Positions 1 through 8,686 of a stretch of DNA of 37,525 nucleotides are shown one piece after another. How positions within the stretch are numbered: position 1 is the stretch's first letter; each line of letters begins with the position of its first letter. The notes beneath the pieces were generated by a model. The model was given only the letters and a program-made list of their open reading frames with translations, was not told the origin of the DNA and made no database searches. A program made the position numbers and the translations under genes. The DNA is from Spirochaetota bacterium (lineage in GTDB: Bacteria; Spirochaetota; Spirochaetia; Treponematales; UBA12059), in the NCBI GenBank assembly GCA_041306765.1, contig JBFZER010000314.1:1-37525 (forward strand). Direction: 5' to 3'.

Positions 1-415
1 AGAAAAGAACGGATCCCGGGGCCGTGGACGCCAGGATGGACTCCAGGGTTCTGCCCGCGGAGGGGCCGCTCGGAGTCAAGGGCGCGGCGGGGGAAGATAT
101 CCGCATCAGCCGCGTATCCGCCGCGTCGGCCCCCAGGGCCCGGGGGCCCCCGGCGATCGCAAGCACCAGAGGCACCAGGAACACGGCATACCCCGCCCGG
201 GGGGCGCGCCGGCCCCGGCCTCGCAGGGCGCTCCAGGCCGTGGTGGCGGACAGGACGAGGAAGCCCAGCACCGCAAACCAGACGAAGATCTTCATCCTGG
301 GATGGAGGTACAATAGAACCTCTCCGGATGCCAGCAGGCGCAGCATCCAAAGTGCCCAGGCCAGAAGTATGGCCGCCCAGGCTGCGGTGCCGTAGGCGAT
401 GATGGTTTTTCTCAT
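1..415 (-). CDS. DUF1980/TIGR03943-family membrane protein, N-terminal part only (gene runs off the left window edge)
   Basis: Absent from the ORF track because it has no in-window stop. Hand translation of the minus strand from ATG 415-413 gives MRKTIIAYGTAAWAAILLAWALWMLRLLASGEVLLYLHPRMKIFVWFAVLGFLVLSATTAW..., open to position 1. The ATG overlaps the TGA of the upstream permease (ATGA, 412-415). Two N-terminal TM helices and an LYxHPR motif fit the partner subunit usually found after COG0701 permeases. Confidence 0.6.
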   Translation of the reverse strand, partial: MRKTIIAYGTAAWAAILLAWALWMLRLLASGEVLLYLHPRMKIFVWFAVLGFLVLSATTAWSALRGRGRRAPRAGYAVFLVPLVLAIAGGPRALGADAADTRLMRISSPAAPLTPSGPSAGRTLESILASTAPGSVLF

Positions 416-1554
416 GCCGCGTTCCCCGCCACAAGCAGGTTTACAAGGAGTCCCGCCCCCAGACAGGCCGCGGTCACCAGGGTGAAAAGGACCGCCACGA
501 ACCGGGGCTTGAATCCGTCCAGGAGCATCAGGGTATTTTTCACGTCCATCATGGGGCCGTAGACCATGAACGCCACGACGGCACCCGGGGTGAAGTATCC
601 CGCGAAGGTGGCGGCGATGAAGGCGTCCGCTTCCGAGCAGAGGGACAATAGATACGCCAGGGCCATGAGGGCCGCAACGGAGAGCAGGGGAGAGGCACCC
701 ACTCCCACCAGGGCCGCCCGGGGCAGGATCGTCTGCATCAGTGCGGCGACCGCGGCTCCCAGGATCAGGTAGCGGCCCACGGAATAGATCTCGGCTCCCG
801 CATGGGACAGGATCTCCAGGGCAATATCCGCGGCGCCCCGCTTCCCGGTCCGCCCAACGTCTGCGTCGGGGTTCGCGTCGCGTTCGATCTCGTGATCGTG
901 ATGATGATCGTTGTCTTGGGAGCAATCGCATTCGTGGTCGTGATCATGGCCGCATTCACACTCCCGCTCTTCCACGGCTCCGCCCCGGGAAGCTTCCCGG
1001 AGGGGCTGCCGCCCGATCGGCAGAAATCCGACGATCCAACCCGTGAGTACCGCGATGCCCATTCCTAAAAATCCGCGCAGGAGCACCATCCCCAGGTTGC
1101 CGCCGAAGGCCACCCAGGTGGAGAAGAGGACGACGGGGTTCACGATGGCCACCGCCAGGAGGAAGGTGACCGCGAGGGGTGCCGGAAGCCCCTTGGCCAG
1201 GAGCCTCCGGGTTACAGGAACGTTGGCGCATTCGCAGATCGGAAAGGCGAACCCCGCCGCAGATGCGGCCAGCAGGCCCGTCAGCCGGCTGCGAGGCAGG
1301 ATTCGCGCGATGGTCTCGGCGCTCACGAGGATATGGATGGCCGAACTTATCAGGGTACCCAGCAGGATGAAGGGGAAGGCCTCCAGGAGAATGCTGAAGA
1401 AGACCGTGGTGAAATCCGAGAGGCCCGGGAAATTCGCTCTCCGGGCCAGGAGGCCCGCCGCGGCCGAAGCCGCGGCGGCCCCCGCGAGAACGAGCCAGCC
1501 CCATGCCGGGTTCGCCGGAAACCGGCGGCCCCGGGCGTAGATGTCCCCCGTCAT
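412..1554 (-). CDS. COG0701-type two-repeat permease (ArsP/YraQ-like) with a His/Cys-rich cytoplasmic loop
   Basis: 380-aa ORF with many TM helices. It carries the repeated family motifs FPICECANVP and LSLCSEADAF. The central loop is ECECGHDHDHECDCSQDNDHHHDHE. The ATG overlaps the stop of the upstream ABC permease (ATGA, 1551-1554). Confidence 0.8.
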   Translation of the reverse strand: MTGDIYARGRRFPANPAWGWLVLAGAAAASAAAGLLARRANFPGLSDFTTVFFSILLEAFPFILLGTLISSAIHILVSAETIARILPRSRLTGLLAASAAGFAFPICECANVPVTRRLLAKGLPAPLAVTFLLAVAIVNPVVLFSTWVAFGGNLGMVLLRGFLGMGIAVLTGWIVGFLPIGRQPLREASRGGAVEERECECGHDHDHECDCSQDNDHHHDHEIERDANPDADVGRTGKRGAADIALEILSHAGAEIYSVGRYLILGAAVAALMQTILPRAALVGVGASPLLSVAALMALAYLLSLCSEADAFIAATFAGYFTPGAVVAFMVYGPMMDVKNTLMLLDGFKPRFVAVLFTLVTAACLGAGLLVNLLVAGNAA

Positions 1555-2840
1555 CCGCCCGCTCCCTGCTTCTGCTGCATGTGTTTCTTCCAGGAGTGCA
1601 GGGCCAGGGAAAGCCCGATGATCCCGTAGGCGACAAAGGATCGGAAATACTCTCCCAGCTGGGCGTCCCCGAAGAGGGTCCGGCCCGCCAGGGGGGACAC
1701 GATGAACATCGTGTGGAAGAGGAAGAGGCCGACTACCGCCTGGCCTATTGTCGCCTTTGCCACCGAGGCGCCGCCGATCAGGAGGGCCGCTATGGCAAAC
1801 ATGCCCACCTGCTCATGGCTGCCGTAGGTGCTGAAGGTACCCAGGTTCTGGAGGAAGATGATCTGCCCCCAGGCCGCCAGGACCGTGGACATGACCATGG
1901 CGGTGATGCGGATCCGGTCCGTGTCGATCCCGGAAACCTCGGCCACGTGGCGGTCCTGCCCCACGGTTCGCATGTCCTGCCCCAGCTTGGTGCGGGTGAA
2001 GAACAGGATGAAGAGGCACAGGGAGCCCAGGACCAGGAAGGTTCCTGCGGGCACGCGGATGAAGCTGAACATGGATTCCACGATCAAGTTCTTGATCCCC
2101 CAGCCTGCCAGGAAGAGGCCCGCCAGGGCCAGGAAACCGTCCCGTACGGGGGTCTTTTCTCGGGCCGCCAGGGCCCGCTTCCGCAGGACACCCCGCACCG
2201 GGAAGGATCCCAGGATGGCCGCTCCGCAGAGGATCCCGAAAATCGGCAGGGGTATCCTGAATAGATCGTCCAGCCCGAACTTTAGACCGTCCGTAAGATC
2301 GATGGTCGTCCGGATCCCCACGCCCGAGGAGAGCACCAGGGTCTCGTTCTGCATGGGGATCACGGTTCCCACCAGGATCAGGAAGACAAGCTGGTAGATC
2401 CCGTTGGCGAAGAAGCCCAGGATCAGGGTGGTGATCATCTCCTTGCCCCGGGCCTTGTTCAGGAGGCGCCCGGTCAGGATGCCCAGCACCAGGGCTATGG
2501 GGAAGGACACGGCGGCGCAGAGGAGGATTCCCCAGATCCCCCCGATTCCCCAGTGGGTCATGAAGATGATGGTCGCCTGGCCTGCCATGGCCCCCAGGAC
2601 GATGGCGAAGTTGAGCCCCAGCCCGGCAAGCACGGGAATGATCAGGGCGAGGACAAGGAAGCCGTTACGGGCTATCCGGTCGACTATATCGATGATGAAG
2701 AAGGGCAGGGCCAGCCCCGACACCCGGAGCCCCGCGATGCCGATGAACAGGAAGACCAGGGTGACGATGTTGTTCGTGAGGAAGCGGCGTACGGCTCCCT
2801 TCGCCCCGGCCGAACCGTGCGGGTGCGCGTCGTGGTTCAT
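1551..2840 (-). CDS. ABC transporter permease (ribose/branched-chain type, BPD_transp_2-like), subunit 2
   Basis: This is the real part of track ORF 1551..3542. Start is taken at ATG 2840 (MNHDAHPHG...), which overlaps the upstream permease stop (ATGA, 2837-2840). The protein is hydrophobic and multi-TM, with the conserved segment TKLGQDMRTVGQDRHVAEVSGIDTDR. The longer N-terminal extension in the track is Arg/Pro/Gly-rich read-through. Confidence 0.85.
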   Translation of the reverse strand: MNHDAHPHGSAGAKGAVRRFLTNNIVTLVFLFIGIAGLRVSGLALPFFIIDIVDRIARNGFLVLALIIPVLAGLGLNFAIVLGAMAGQATIIFMTHWGIGGIWGILLCAAVSFPIALVLGILTGRLLNKARGKEMITTLILGFFANGIYQLVFLILVGTVIPMQNETLVLSSGVGIRTTIDLTDGLKFGLDDLFRIPLPIFGILCGAAILGSFPVRGVLRKRALAAREKTPVRDGFLALAGLFLAGWGIKNLIVESMFSFIRVPAGTFLVLGSLCLFILFFTRTKLGQDMRTVGQDRHVAEVSGIDTDRIRITAMVMSTVLAAWGQIIFLQNLGTFSTYGSHEQVGMFAIAALLIGGASVAKATIGQAVVGLFLFHTMFIVSPLAGRTLFGDAQLGEYFRSFVAYGIIGLSLALHSWKKHMQQKQGAGG

Positions 2841-3916
2841 TCCGCTCCTCCTTTCTGCGCCAGGGCGTAGAGGATGATCCCGTTGGAGACTACACTCCGG
2901 GAGATCTCGGCAAGGCTGCCCAGCTGGGATACGGTGTTCGCCACCGGGAGGGCCACGACCAGGATGGAGTGGAACAGGAAGGTCCCGATGATGACGTGGC
3001 TGATCCTGCCGGTTTTCAGCGAAGCGCCCCCGATCAGGATGGAGGCCGCGGCGATGAAACCCATGTACATGGGAGCCTGGTAGAGCTGGAGGAATCCGAA
3101 GCCCTGGGCGTAGACAAGGATGCCGACGGCTCCCAGAACCGTGGACAGGATGGTGCCCTGGATCCGCATGCGGTTCACGCTGATGCCCGAAGCCTCCGCG
3201 AACTTGGGGCTCATTCCCGCGGATTTCATGGCCAGACCCGAGCGGGATCGGAAAAAGAGCCATACCAGGAGACAGCACGCGGCGCTGAAGGCCAGGGATC
3301 CCGTCGGGAACTTCACCCCCAATACGCTGAAGGACCAGAGATTGTTCAAGACCCCGCTGAATCGGCCTTCCAGGGAGATGGTCACCCGGATTCCCTTGCC
3401 GATGGCCCAGGCCATCTCGGGATGGTGGAAGGGCAGGGTGACCCAGCCGAAGGACATGAGGGAGACGAAGCCGAACCCGATATAGGTTCCCACGGTCATC
3501 TCGGATCCCTTGACCCGGTTCAACAGCCATCCGTATCCCCATCCGACCAGGACGGCCAGGGGAAGGGACATGGCAATGGCTCCGAAGAAGGCCTCGAAGC
3601 CCCGCAGGTCCATCTCGATGCTCATGACTCCGCCCAGGAGGCCGCAGATGATCCCCAGGGGCAGTCCGAAGTAGAGGCTCGTGCCCGACAGTATGGACGG
3701 CAGCATCGCCAGGGTCAGCACGGCGTTCATTCCCAGGCGCACCAGCGAGTCCGAGAGCACGGCGGGGAACGGGATCTTGAGCCCGGTCGAGGTTATCCAG
3801 AGAGACAACAGGAAGGCGATGATGATGATCCGCGGGGCGCCGAAGGATCGCATCCCCGCTCCGATTCCGCGCAGCACCCGCGCGAGGGCCGTATCGTTAG
3901 CGTTTTCCATAGTCAC
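2837..3916 (-). CDS. ABC transporter permease (ribose/branched-chain type), subunit 1
   Basis: 359-aa multi-TM ORF with SRSGLAMKSAGMSPKFAEASGISVNRMRI, the family loop motif. The GTG at 3916 or the ATG at 3910 could be the start. Either overlaps the 3' end of the ATPase gene. Confidence 0.85.
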   Translation of the reverse strand: MTMENANDTALARVLRGIGAGMRSFGAPRIIIIAFLLSLWITSTGLKIPFPAVLSDSLVRLGMNAVLTLAMLPSILSGTSLYFGLPLGIICGLLGGVMSIEMDLRGFEAFFGAIAMSLPLAVLVGWGYGWLLNRVKGSEMTVGTYIGFGFVSLMSFGWVTLPFHHPEMAWAIGKGIRVTISLEGRFSGVLNNLWSFSVLGVKFPTGSLAFSAACCLLVWLFFRSRSGLAMKSAGMSPKFAEASGISVNRMRIQGTILSTVLGAVGILVYAQGFGFLQLYQAPMYMGFIAAASILIGGASLKTGRISHVIIGTFLFHSILVVALPVANTVSQLGSLAEISRSVVSNGIILYALAQKGGAE

Positions 3917-5483
3917 CTGCCATCATGAGTCCGAAATCGGCATCGTCGTCGTCGGGTTTCAGGATGCCCGCGATCCGGCCTTCGTGGACGATCGCGATCC
4001 TGTCGCAGACCGACCTGAGCTCCGCAAGCTCACTGGAGGTAATGACGATAGTCATGCCCAGCCGCTCCTTGAGGTCCACCAGGGTTTCGAGGACCAGGCG
4101 CTTGGCGCCGATGTCGATGCCCCGGGTGGGTTCCGACACGAACAGGAGCTTGGGTCCCAGGACCAGGGCCTTGGCGATGCAGACCTTCTGCTGGTTGCCC
4201 CCGCTCAGGCGGCGGACGGGTTGGAGGGGGCCGGTACAGCGAATGTCCAGGGCCTTGATGGTTTCCAGGGCATGGATTCGGACAGCCTTCCCGTCGATCT
4301 GGGTGAAGGGACCGAAGCGCCGGAGGAATTTGCCCTGGACCTCCACCGCCGTCGCCGCGATGTTCATCTCCACGCTCATGTCCAGGAGCAGGCCGACTCC
4401 CCGCCGGTCCTCGGACAGGAACGCGAGGCCTCGATTCAGCACCTCCCGGGTGGCGTTCAAAGGGAGTGCCTGGTCCTGGAACCGGACCTCCCCTTCCGCG
4501 GGATAGAGCCCCATGATACCGTTCGCGATCCCTATCTTTCCCTGGCCCGCGAGGCCTCCGATCCCGAGGATCTCCCCGTCCTTGATGTCCAGGTCCACGC
4601 CCTTGGCGGATTCCCCGGGCATCTTCACGTGCAGGTTCCGGATCTCCAGGGCGTTCCTGTCCGGCAGGTTCTTGGCGGGATTCCGGATCATGTCCCCGAT
4701 CGAACGGCCGACCATGAGCCTGGCAAGCTCTTCTATCGTAGTCTGGTCCCGGCGCTTGTGGGCGACCAGCCCTCCGTCCCGGAGGACCGTGATGCCGTCG
4801 CACACGGCCATGATCTCGTGGAGCCGGTGGGTGATGAACAGGATGGCGATACCCGAGGCCGAAAGCTTCCGGATCGCGGCCAGGAGGTTGTCCGCCTCGG
4901 ATTCCGCCAGCACCGCCGTGGGCTCGTCGAACACCAGGAGCTTGATGTTGCTCTTGTCTATCTCCCGGGCGATCTCGATGAACTGCATGTGCCCCACGGG
5001 CAGTCCGGCTACCCGGGCCCACTCGTCGATGCCCATTTCCAGGTGATCCAGGGCCTTGCGGGCATCCCGACCCATGGAAGCCATGTCCAGGGTCTTGAGC
5101 TTGGGACCGAAGATCCGGGAAACCGGATTGTCCTTGGTGGTCTCACGGTTCAGCTTGATGTTCTCGGTGATGGTATAGCCGGGTATCAGCATGAATTCCT
5201 GATGGACCATGCCGATGCCGAGCTTCATCGCGTCGAAGGGGCTGCGGATGTCGGTTTTCGCACCGGCGATCTCGATTTCCCCCTCGTATCCCCCGGTTGC
5301 GTGGATCACGGTCATTCCGAAGAGGATGTTCATCAGGGTGCTCTTGCCCGCCCCGTTCTCCCCGACGATGCCGTGCACCTCTCCCGGGCGGATCTCCAGG
5401 TCTATGCCCTTCAGCACCTTGGTGCCGTAGTATTCTTTTGCGATGCCCTTCATCCGAAGGACGAAGTCTTCCGTTTGCGACAC
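3897..5483 (-). CDS. ABC transporter ATP-binding protein, tandem-NBD CUT2 type
   Basis: 528 aa. It has Walker A GENGAGKST, signature LSGGNQQKV, and a degenerate second Walker A GLAGQGK typical of fused sugar/nucleoside ABC ATPases. The GTG start is preceded by GGAAGGAGAG on the minus strand. Confidence 0.9.
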   Translation of the reverse strand: MSQTEDFVLRMKGIAKEYYGTKVLKGIDLEIRPGEVHGIVGENGAGKSTLMNILFGMTVIHATGGYEGEIEIAGAKTDIRSPFDAMKLGIGMVHQEFMLIPGYTITENIKLNRETTKDNPVSRIFGPKLKTLDMASMGRDARKALDHLEMGIDEWARVAGLPVGHMQFIEIAREIDKSNIKLLVFDEPTAVLAESEADNLLAAIRKLSASGIAILFITHRLHEIMAVCDGITVLRDGGLVAHKRRDQTTIEELARLMVGRSIGDMIRNPAKNLPDRNALEIRNLHVKMPGESAKGVDLDIKDGEILGIGGLAGQGKIGIANGIMGLYPAEGEVRFQDQALPLNATREVLNRGLAFLSEDRRGVGLLLDMSVEMNIAATAVEVQGKFLRRFGPFTQIDGKAVRIHALETIKALDIRCTGPLQPVRRLSGGNQQKVCIAKALVLGPKLLFVSEPTRGIDIGAKRLVLETLVDLKERLGMTIVITSSELAELRSVCDRIAIVHEGRIAGILKPDDDDADFGLMMAGDYGKR

Positions 5484-5512
5484 GATCTCTCCTTCCTCAG
5501 GGGTCGGCGTTC

Positions 5513-5548
5513 AAAAAAAGGCGGAGCCCAGGAACGGACTCCGCCTTT
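5513..5548 (-). terminator. Rho-independent-type hairpin plus U-run just after the binding-protein gene (intra-operon attenuator or terminator)
   Basis: The 7-bp stem GGCGGAG (5520-5526) pairs with CTCCGCC (5539-5545). It is flanked by AAA/TTT, and A7 at 5513-5519 gives U7 after the hairpin on the minus-strand transcript. It lies between the SBP stop (5571) and the ATPase start (5483). Confidence 0.5.
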
Positions 5549-5570
5549 CGGGAGGTTCTGCCGCCCTAGG

Positions 5571-6680
5571 CTAGAAGTTATAGAAGTCGGAGAGGTACAT
5601 GAAGAAGTTCGGGTAGTCCTTGTAGTTCGTGAGTTCGACCTTCCCGCCCGCGATCTCCGACATCAGCTTGGTCAGCAGGGCCGCGTCGACCTTGGCCTTG
5701 CCCTTGGTCTTGCCTTCCACATAGGCCTGGGCATACTTCACTCCGGCCTCGATGTACATCATGTTCACGGGCACCGGCCAGGTGGACATGCGCCCGCTCA
5801 TCCCGGAGGCCTTGATCTTGGCTTTCTCTTCCGAGAGGATCCAGGCCACGTCGGCCTTCTTCTCCGACGGGACCGCGATGCCCAGGGCGCCCGGGAGGGC
5901 GTGGAAGGGGGAAGGGCAGCACTGGACGGGGTAGACGGCCTTCTGGCCCACGACCTGGCGGATCAGGGGTTCCTGCATGGAGCAGTTGGTCCCGAAGAAC
6001 GCCGTATCCTTGCCGTACTGGACGACCTTGCGGGGCACGTCTTCCATGATGAACTGCTGGGTCGCCGGGACTCCGCCTTCACCGGTGGGATCCGGGGCGT
6101 CCTGCTCCACGAACTTGAGGCCGATCTTTTCGGCGGCTTCCTTCATGAGGGTGCGGCGCTTGGACAGGTGCTCGTAGGACATGTGCCGCGGGAAGGAATA
6201 ATGGACCAGGGTCTTGGCGCCGAGTTTCTTGGCCTGCTGGGCGATCTGCTCGCCCCGGGCCAGGTCGTTCGTCTGCAGGACGATGTCGGCCTTCTTGGCG
6301 ATCATGTCCGGATCCTCGGCGGGGACGCCCAGTACGAACAGGATGTCCGGCCGGACGGCCTTCACGCGGTCGATGGCGGCGGCGGCCCCGGGGACGGCCT
6401 GCACCATGACGATCGCCTTGACCTTCGGGTCGCTGGCCATGGCCATCATGTTGGAGATCGTGGTCTCCTGTTCCTGCATGAAGCGTTCAGGATACGTGGC
6501 CAGGACGACGCGATTGGCTCCAAGGGCGTTGCGGACGGATTCCGCCTTGCGGAACTCCTCCTCGTTCTGGGAAACGGTACCGGTCATGATGCCGATCTTG
6601 TAGTCCTTCTGGGCGAAGACGGGCATCGCGACCAACGAGAGCGCGAGCAGTACCAAAAGAGCAGATCTCACCATACGCAC
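5571..6680 (-). CDS. Periplasmic substrate-binding protein, DUF3798 family (type I PBP fold)
   Basis: 369 aa with Sec signal peptide MRMVRSALLVLLALSLVAMPVFA/QK. The KIGIMTGTVSQNEEE start and overall pattern match my recollection of DUF3798 proteins that head this type of ABC operon. AGGAGG lies 5 nt upstream of the GTG at 6680. An ATG at 6674 is the alternative start. Confidence 0.75.
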   Translation of the reverse strand: MRMVRSALLVLLALSLVAMPVFAQKDYKIGIMTGTVSQNEEEFRKAESVRNALGANRVVLATYPERFMQEQETTISNMMAMASDPKVKAIVMVQAVPGAAAAIDRVKAVRPDILFVLGVPAEDPDMIAKKADIVLQTNDLARGEQIAQQAKKLGAKTLVHYSFPRHMSYEHLSKRRTLMKEAAEKIGLKFVEQDAPDPTGEGGVPATQQFIMEDVPRKVVQYGKDTAFFGTNCSMQEPLIRQVVGQKAVYPVQCCPSPFHALPGALGIAVPSEKKADVAWILSEEKAKIKASGMSGRMSTWPVPVNMMYIEAGVKYAQAYVEGKTKGKAKVDAALLTKLMSEIAGGKVELTNYKDYPNFFMYLSDFYNF

Positions 6681-6719
6681 ACTTGCCTCCTGAGGATATG
6701 GGTTGGTAGGGATAATGTG

Positions 6720-6748
6720 AGCGTACCATGCATAATCTAACCAGTCAA
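6720..6748 (-). promoter_or_regulatory. Candidate sigma70-type promoter for the DUF3798-ABC operon
   Basis: Minus strand reads TTGACT (6748-6743), a 17-nt spacer, then TACGCT (6725-6720). An A-rich tract lies upstream, inside the only AT-rich intergenic stretch in this region. The -10 element is weak. Confidence 0.3.
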
Positions 6749-6802
6749 CTTTTTTATTTGATGAAACGAAACTTTTTCGAGTGTCGTAATTCTATTTGTA
6801 GA

Positions 6803-6835
6803 AACAAAAAGCCAATCAACGAATCCCGATTGCCC
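6803..6835 (-). terminator. Weak terminator candidate after the DppC-like gene
   Basis: Minus strand reads GCAATC-GGGATTCGTT-GATTGG followed by CTTTTTGTTTC. The stem is only 5 bp, so this is tentative. Confidence 0.3.
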
Positions 6836-6843
6836 GCATTCCC

Positions 6844-7749
6844 TCAGCGGGGGGTCAGGATCCTCCGCGACCTTGCCCAGGCGGTCTTCATGCCCGACGA
6901 CAACAGCCCGACGCAGGTCAGGATCAGCATCCACCCGGCGAAGGGGGCGAGGAACAGCCAGGGATACCCCTGTACCCCTGTATAATAGTACCCCAGCAAA
7001 CCCAGCCATTCGCCTTTTGCGGGCAGGAAGATCACGGGATCGACGGTTAGGATCGTCCCCCCGATGAAAATCCGCAGGACCCCCAGCTTCCCGACCAGGG
7101 CCGCCACGGACAGGGCCTGCACCGGCAGGGACTCCATCCATTCCGTGAACGCGAAAGGCAGGACGTGGTACCGGAGCAGCCAGGGGCCGCCGGCCCCGGC
7201 CGTCCGTGCCGCCTCCACGAAGGGCCGACCGAGGATGTCCGCTGTCCGTGCCGCGAAGGATTCCGCCAAGGCCGGGAGTTCTACCAGGGCCAGCAGGCTG
7301 GACTGGACCGTGAAGAGGAGGACCGGCGGGAGCCGTGAGTTGATGGTGACCGGATACAGGACGAAGGCTGCCAGGATGAAGCCGGGGATGGAGGCCAGGG
7401 GCGAGAACCGCCTGCGCCGCAGGGATACCGGGCGGAGGGCGCCCAGGACCAGACCCGAAGCCAGGGCTGCGGTGCTCCGGAGGAGGGCCGTGGCGAACAC
7501 GATGGAAAGGGTCCACCCCAGGCCGTGGACCATCTCTGAAAAGAGGTCGTACCCCCAGCCGTCGCTTCCGAACAGGAAGAACCGGCCCGGCGGCTCCGGG
7601 GACACCATCATGACCTCCCGGCCGTCCACCGTTTCGTAGCGCACGGCCTTCATGAATCCCCGCTCGTGGGGCGCTATCGAGTCCGAGAAAACAGCCAGCC
7701 CCAGGAGCAGGGCCAGCATGAGGAGGCCCGCGGCCAGCCGTTTACTCAT
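6844..7749 (-). CDS. DppC/OppC-like ABC permease (divergent)
   Basis: 301 aa. The N-terminal FLFGSDGWGYDLFSEMVHG resembles the OppC GTDxxGRDxxSR box. The EAA-loop-like segment is RPFVEAARTAGAGGPWLLRYHVLP. The ATG at 7749 overlaps the upstream gene by 8 nt. Confidence 0.8.
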   Translation of the reverse strand: MSKRLAAGLLMLALLLGLAVFSDSIAPHERGFMKAVRYETVDGREVMMVSPEPPGRFFLFGSDGWGYDLFSEMVHGLGWTLSIVFATALLRSTAALASGLVLGALRPVSLRRRRFSPLASIPGFILAAFVLYPVTINSRLPPVLLFTVQSSLLALVELPALAESFAARTADILGRPFVEAARTAGAGGPWLLRYHVLPFAFTEWMESLPVQALSVAALVGKLGVLRIFIGGTILTVDPVIFLPAKGEWLGLLGYYYTGVQGYPWLFLAPFAGWMLILTCVGLLSSGMKTAWARSRRILTPR

Positions 7750-8686
7750 GGGTCAACACCTTTCGGGCCAGAGCCAGACCCAGGCGCAGGGCCGCGTACA
7801 CCAGGACGCAGGACGCGGCGAGCCCCGCGAGGGACAGCACGACGTGGTCGTACTGATAGATCGTCCGCATCATGTGCTTCCGCTGGCCCGAAAACGCCGA
7901 GTCGAAGAGCAGGCGGGCCATGCCGGGAAGGGAGAAAGCCCGCTCGGTTATGAAAAGGCTCCCCTGCATGAACGAGACGATCACGGGAAGCTCCGCCTCC
8001 AGCCGGGGGATCACGGCGGCTCCCAGGTGACGGCGGAGGATCAATCCCTCCGGAAGCCCCTTGGCCCGGGCGAAGGCGATGTAGTCCGAGGATTCCGCCT
8101 CCCGGGACGCCTCGGCCGCGCAGCGCCGGGCCAGGAAGAAGGGGTAGACCCCCATCACGGACAGGGGCAGGAGGGCGAGGCGGGAATCGCCTCCCAGGGA
8201 AAGCTCGACGCCGAGGGTGTCCAGGATCCAGACGGCTCCCAACTGGACCGCCAGGATGAGAAGGAAGTCCGGGGTTCCCAGGGCCAGGTCCGTCAGACGG
8301 TCCAGGGCGCCCCGCCGCCGGGAACGGACCGCGGCGCCCGCGATCGTTCCCAGGGCGATGCCCGCGGCGCCCGGAACGGCCGTATACAGGAAGGACACGG
8401 AGAGGAACTTCGGGAAGATCTCCCGGAGGTCCCAGGTGGTCCGGCCGATCTTGAAGGTCAGGATGGTCCCGTCCCGGAGGGATTCCAGGAAACCCCGGGC
8501 CGCCGTCAGGATCCGCAGGGGGTCGATTTCGACCCGGGCGTCCTTCCCGGAGATCATGAGGGGAAGCCCCGCCATGAACAGAATTACCAGGAACGTGAAG
8601 AGGGACGATCCCAGGAACCGGAGCGCCGCGGCGGCGGCCCGGCGGCCCAGGACTCGCAGGCCGGATGATCCAGGATCCACGATCAA
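7742..8686 (-). CDS. DppB/OppB-like ABC permease (divergent)
   Basis: 314 aa with the EAA-loop region SDYIAFARAKGLPEGLILRRHLGAAVIP and ITERAFSLPGMARLLFDS. The start is uncertain: TTG at 8686 (overlapping the DUF72 stop as TTGA) or GTG at 8680. Confidence 0.8.
   Translation of the reverse strand: MIVDPGSSGLRVLGRRAAAAALRFLGSSLFTFLVILFMAGLPLMISGKDARVEIDPLRILTAARGFLESLRDGTILTFKIGRTTWDLREIFPKFLSVSFLYTAVPGAAGIALGTIAGAAVRSRRRGALDRLTDLALGTPDFLLILAVQLGAVWILDTLGVELSLGGDSRLALLPLSVMGVYPFFLARRCAAEASREAESSDYIAFARAKGLPEGLILRRHLGAAVIPRLEAELPVIVSFMQGSLFITERAFSLPGMARLLFDSAFSGQRKHMMRTIYQYDHVVLSLAGLAASCVLVYAALRLGLALARKVLTHE

Noticed and set aside
24-395. 123-aa plus-strand ORF at the left edge
   Set aside because: It is antisense to the open-ended minus-strand frame, which encodes a convincing two-TM protein translationally coupled (ATGA) to the upstream permease. 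The plus-strand product is Arg/Ala/Pro-rich with no features.
2841-3542. N-terminal extensions of track ORFs 1551..3542, 12637..14352, 22399..23337, 22746..24659, 28795..30846 and 32430..34403
   Set aside because: In each case the family-like sequence begins at an internal ATG or GTG that overlaps the stop of the preceding gene (ATGA/GTGA). The upstream part overlaps a real gene in another frame and is compositionally aberrant. I trimmed the starts accordingly.
3681-6740. 1019-aa plus-strand ORF spanning the ABC ATPase and binding-protein genes
   Set aside because: It is antisense to two genes with unmistakable family motifs. Its translation is Arg/Gly/Asp/His/Pro-rich and low-complexity, with no recognisable domain. 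It is a typical stop-codon-poor shadow frame of a high-GC genome.
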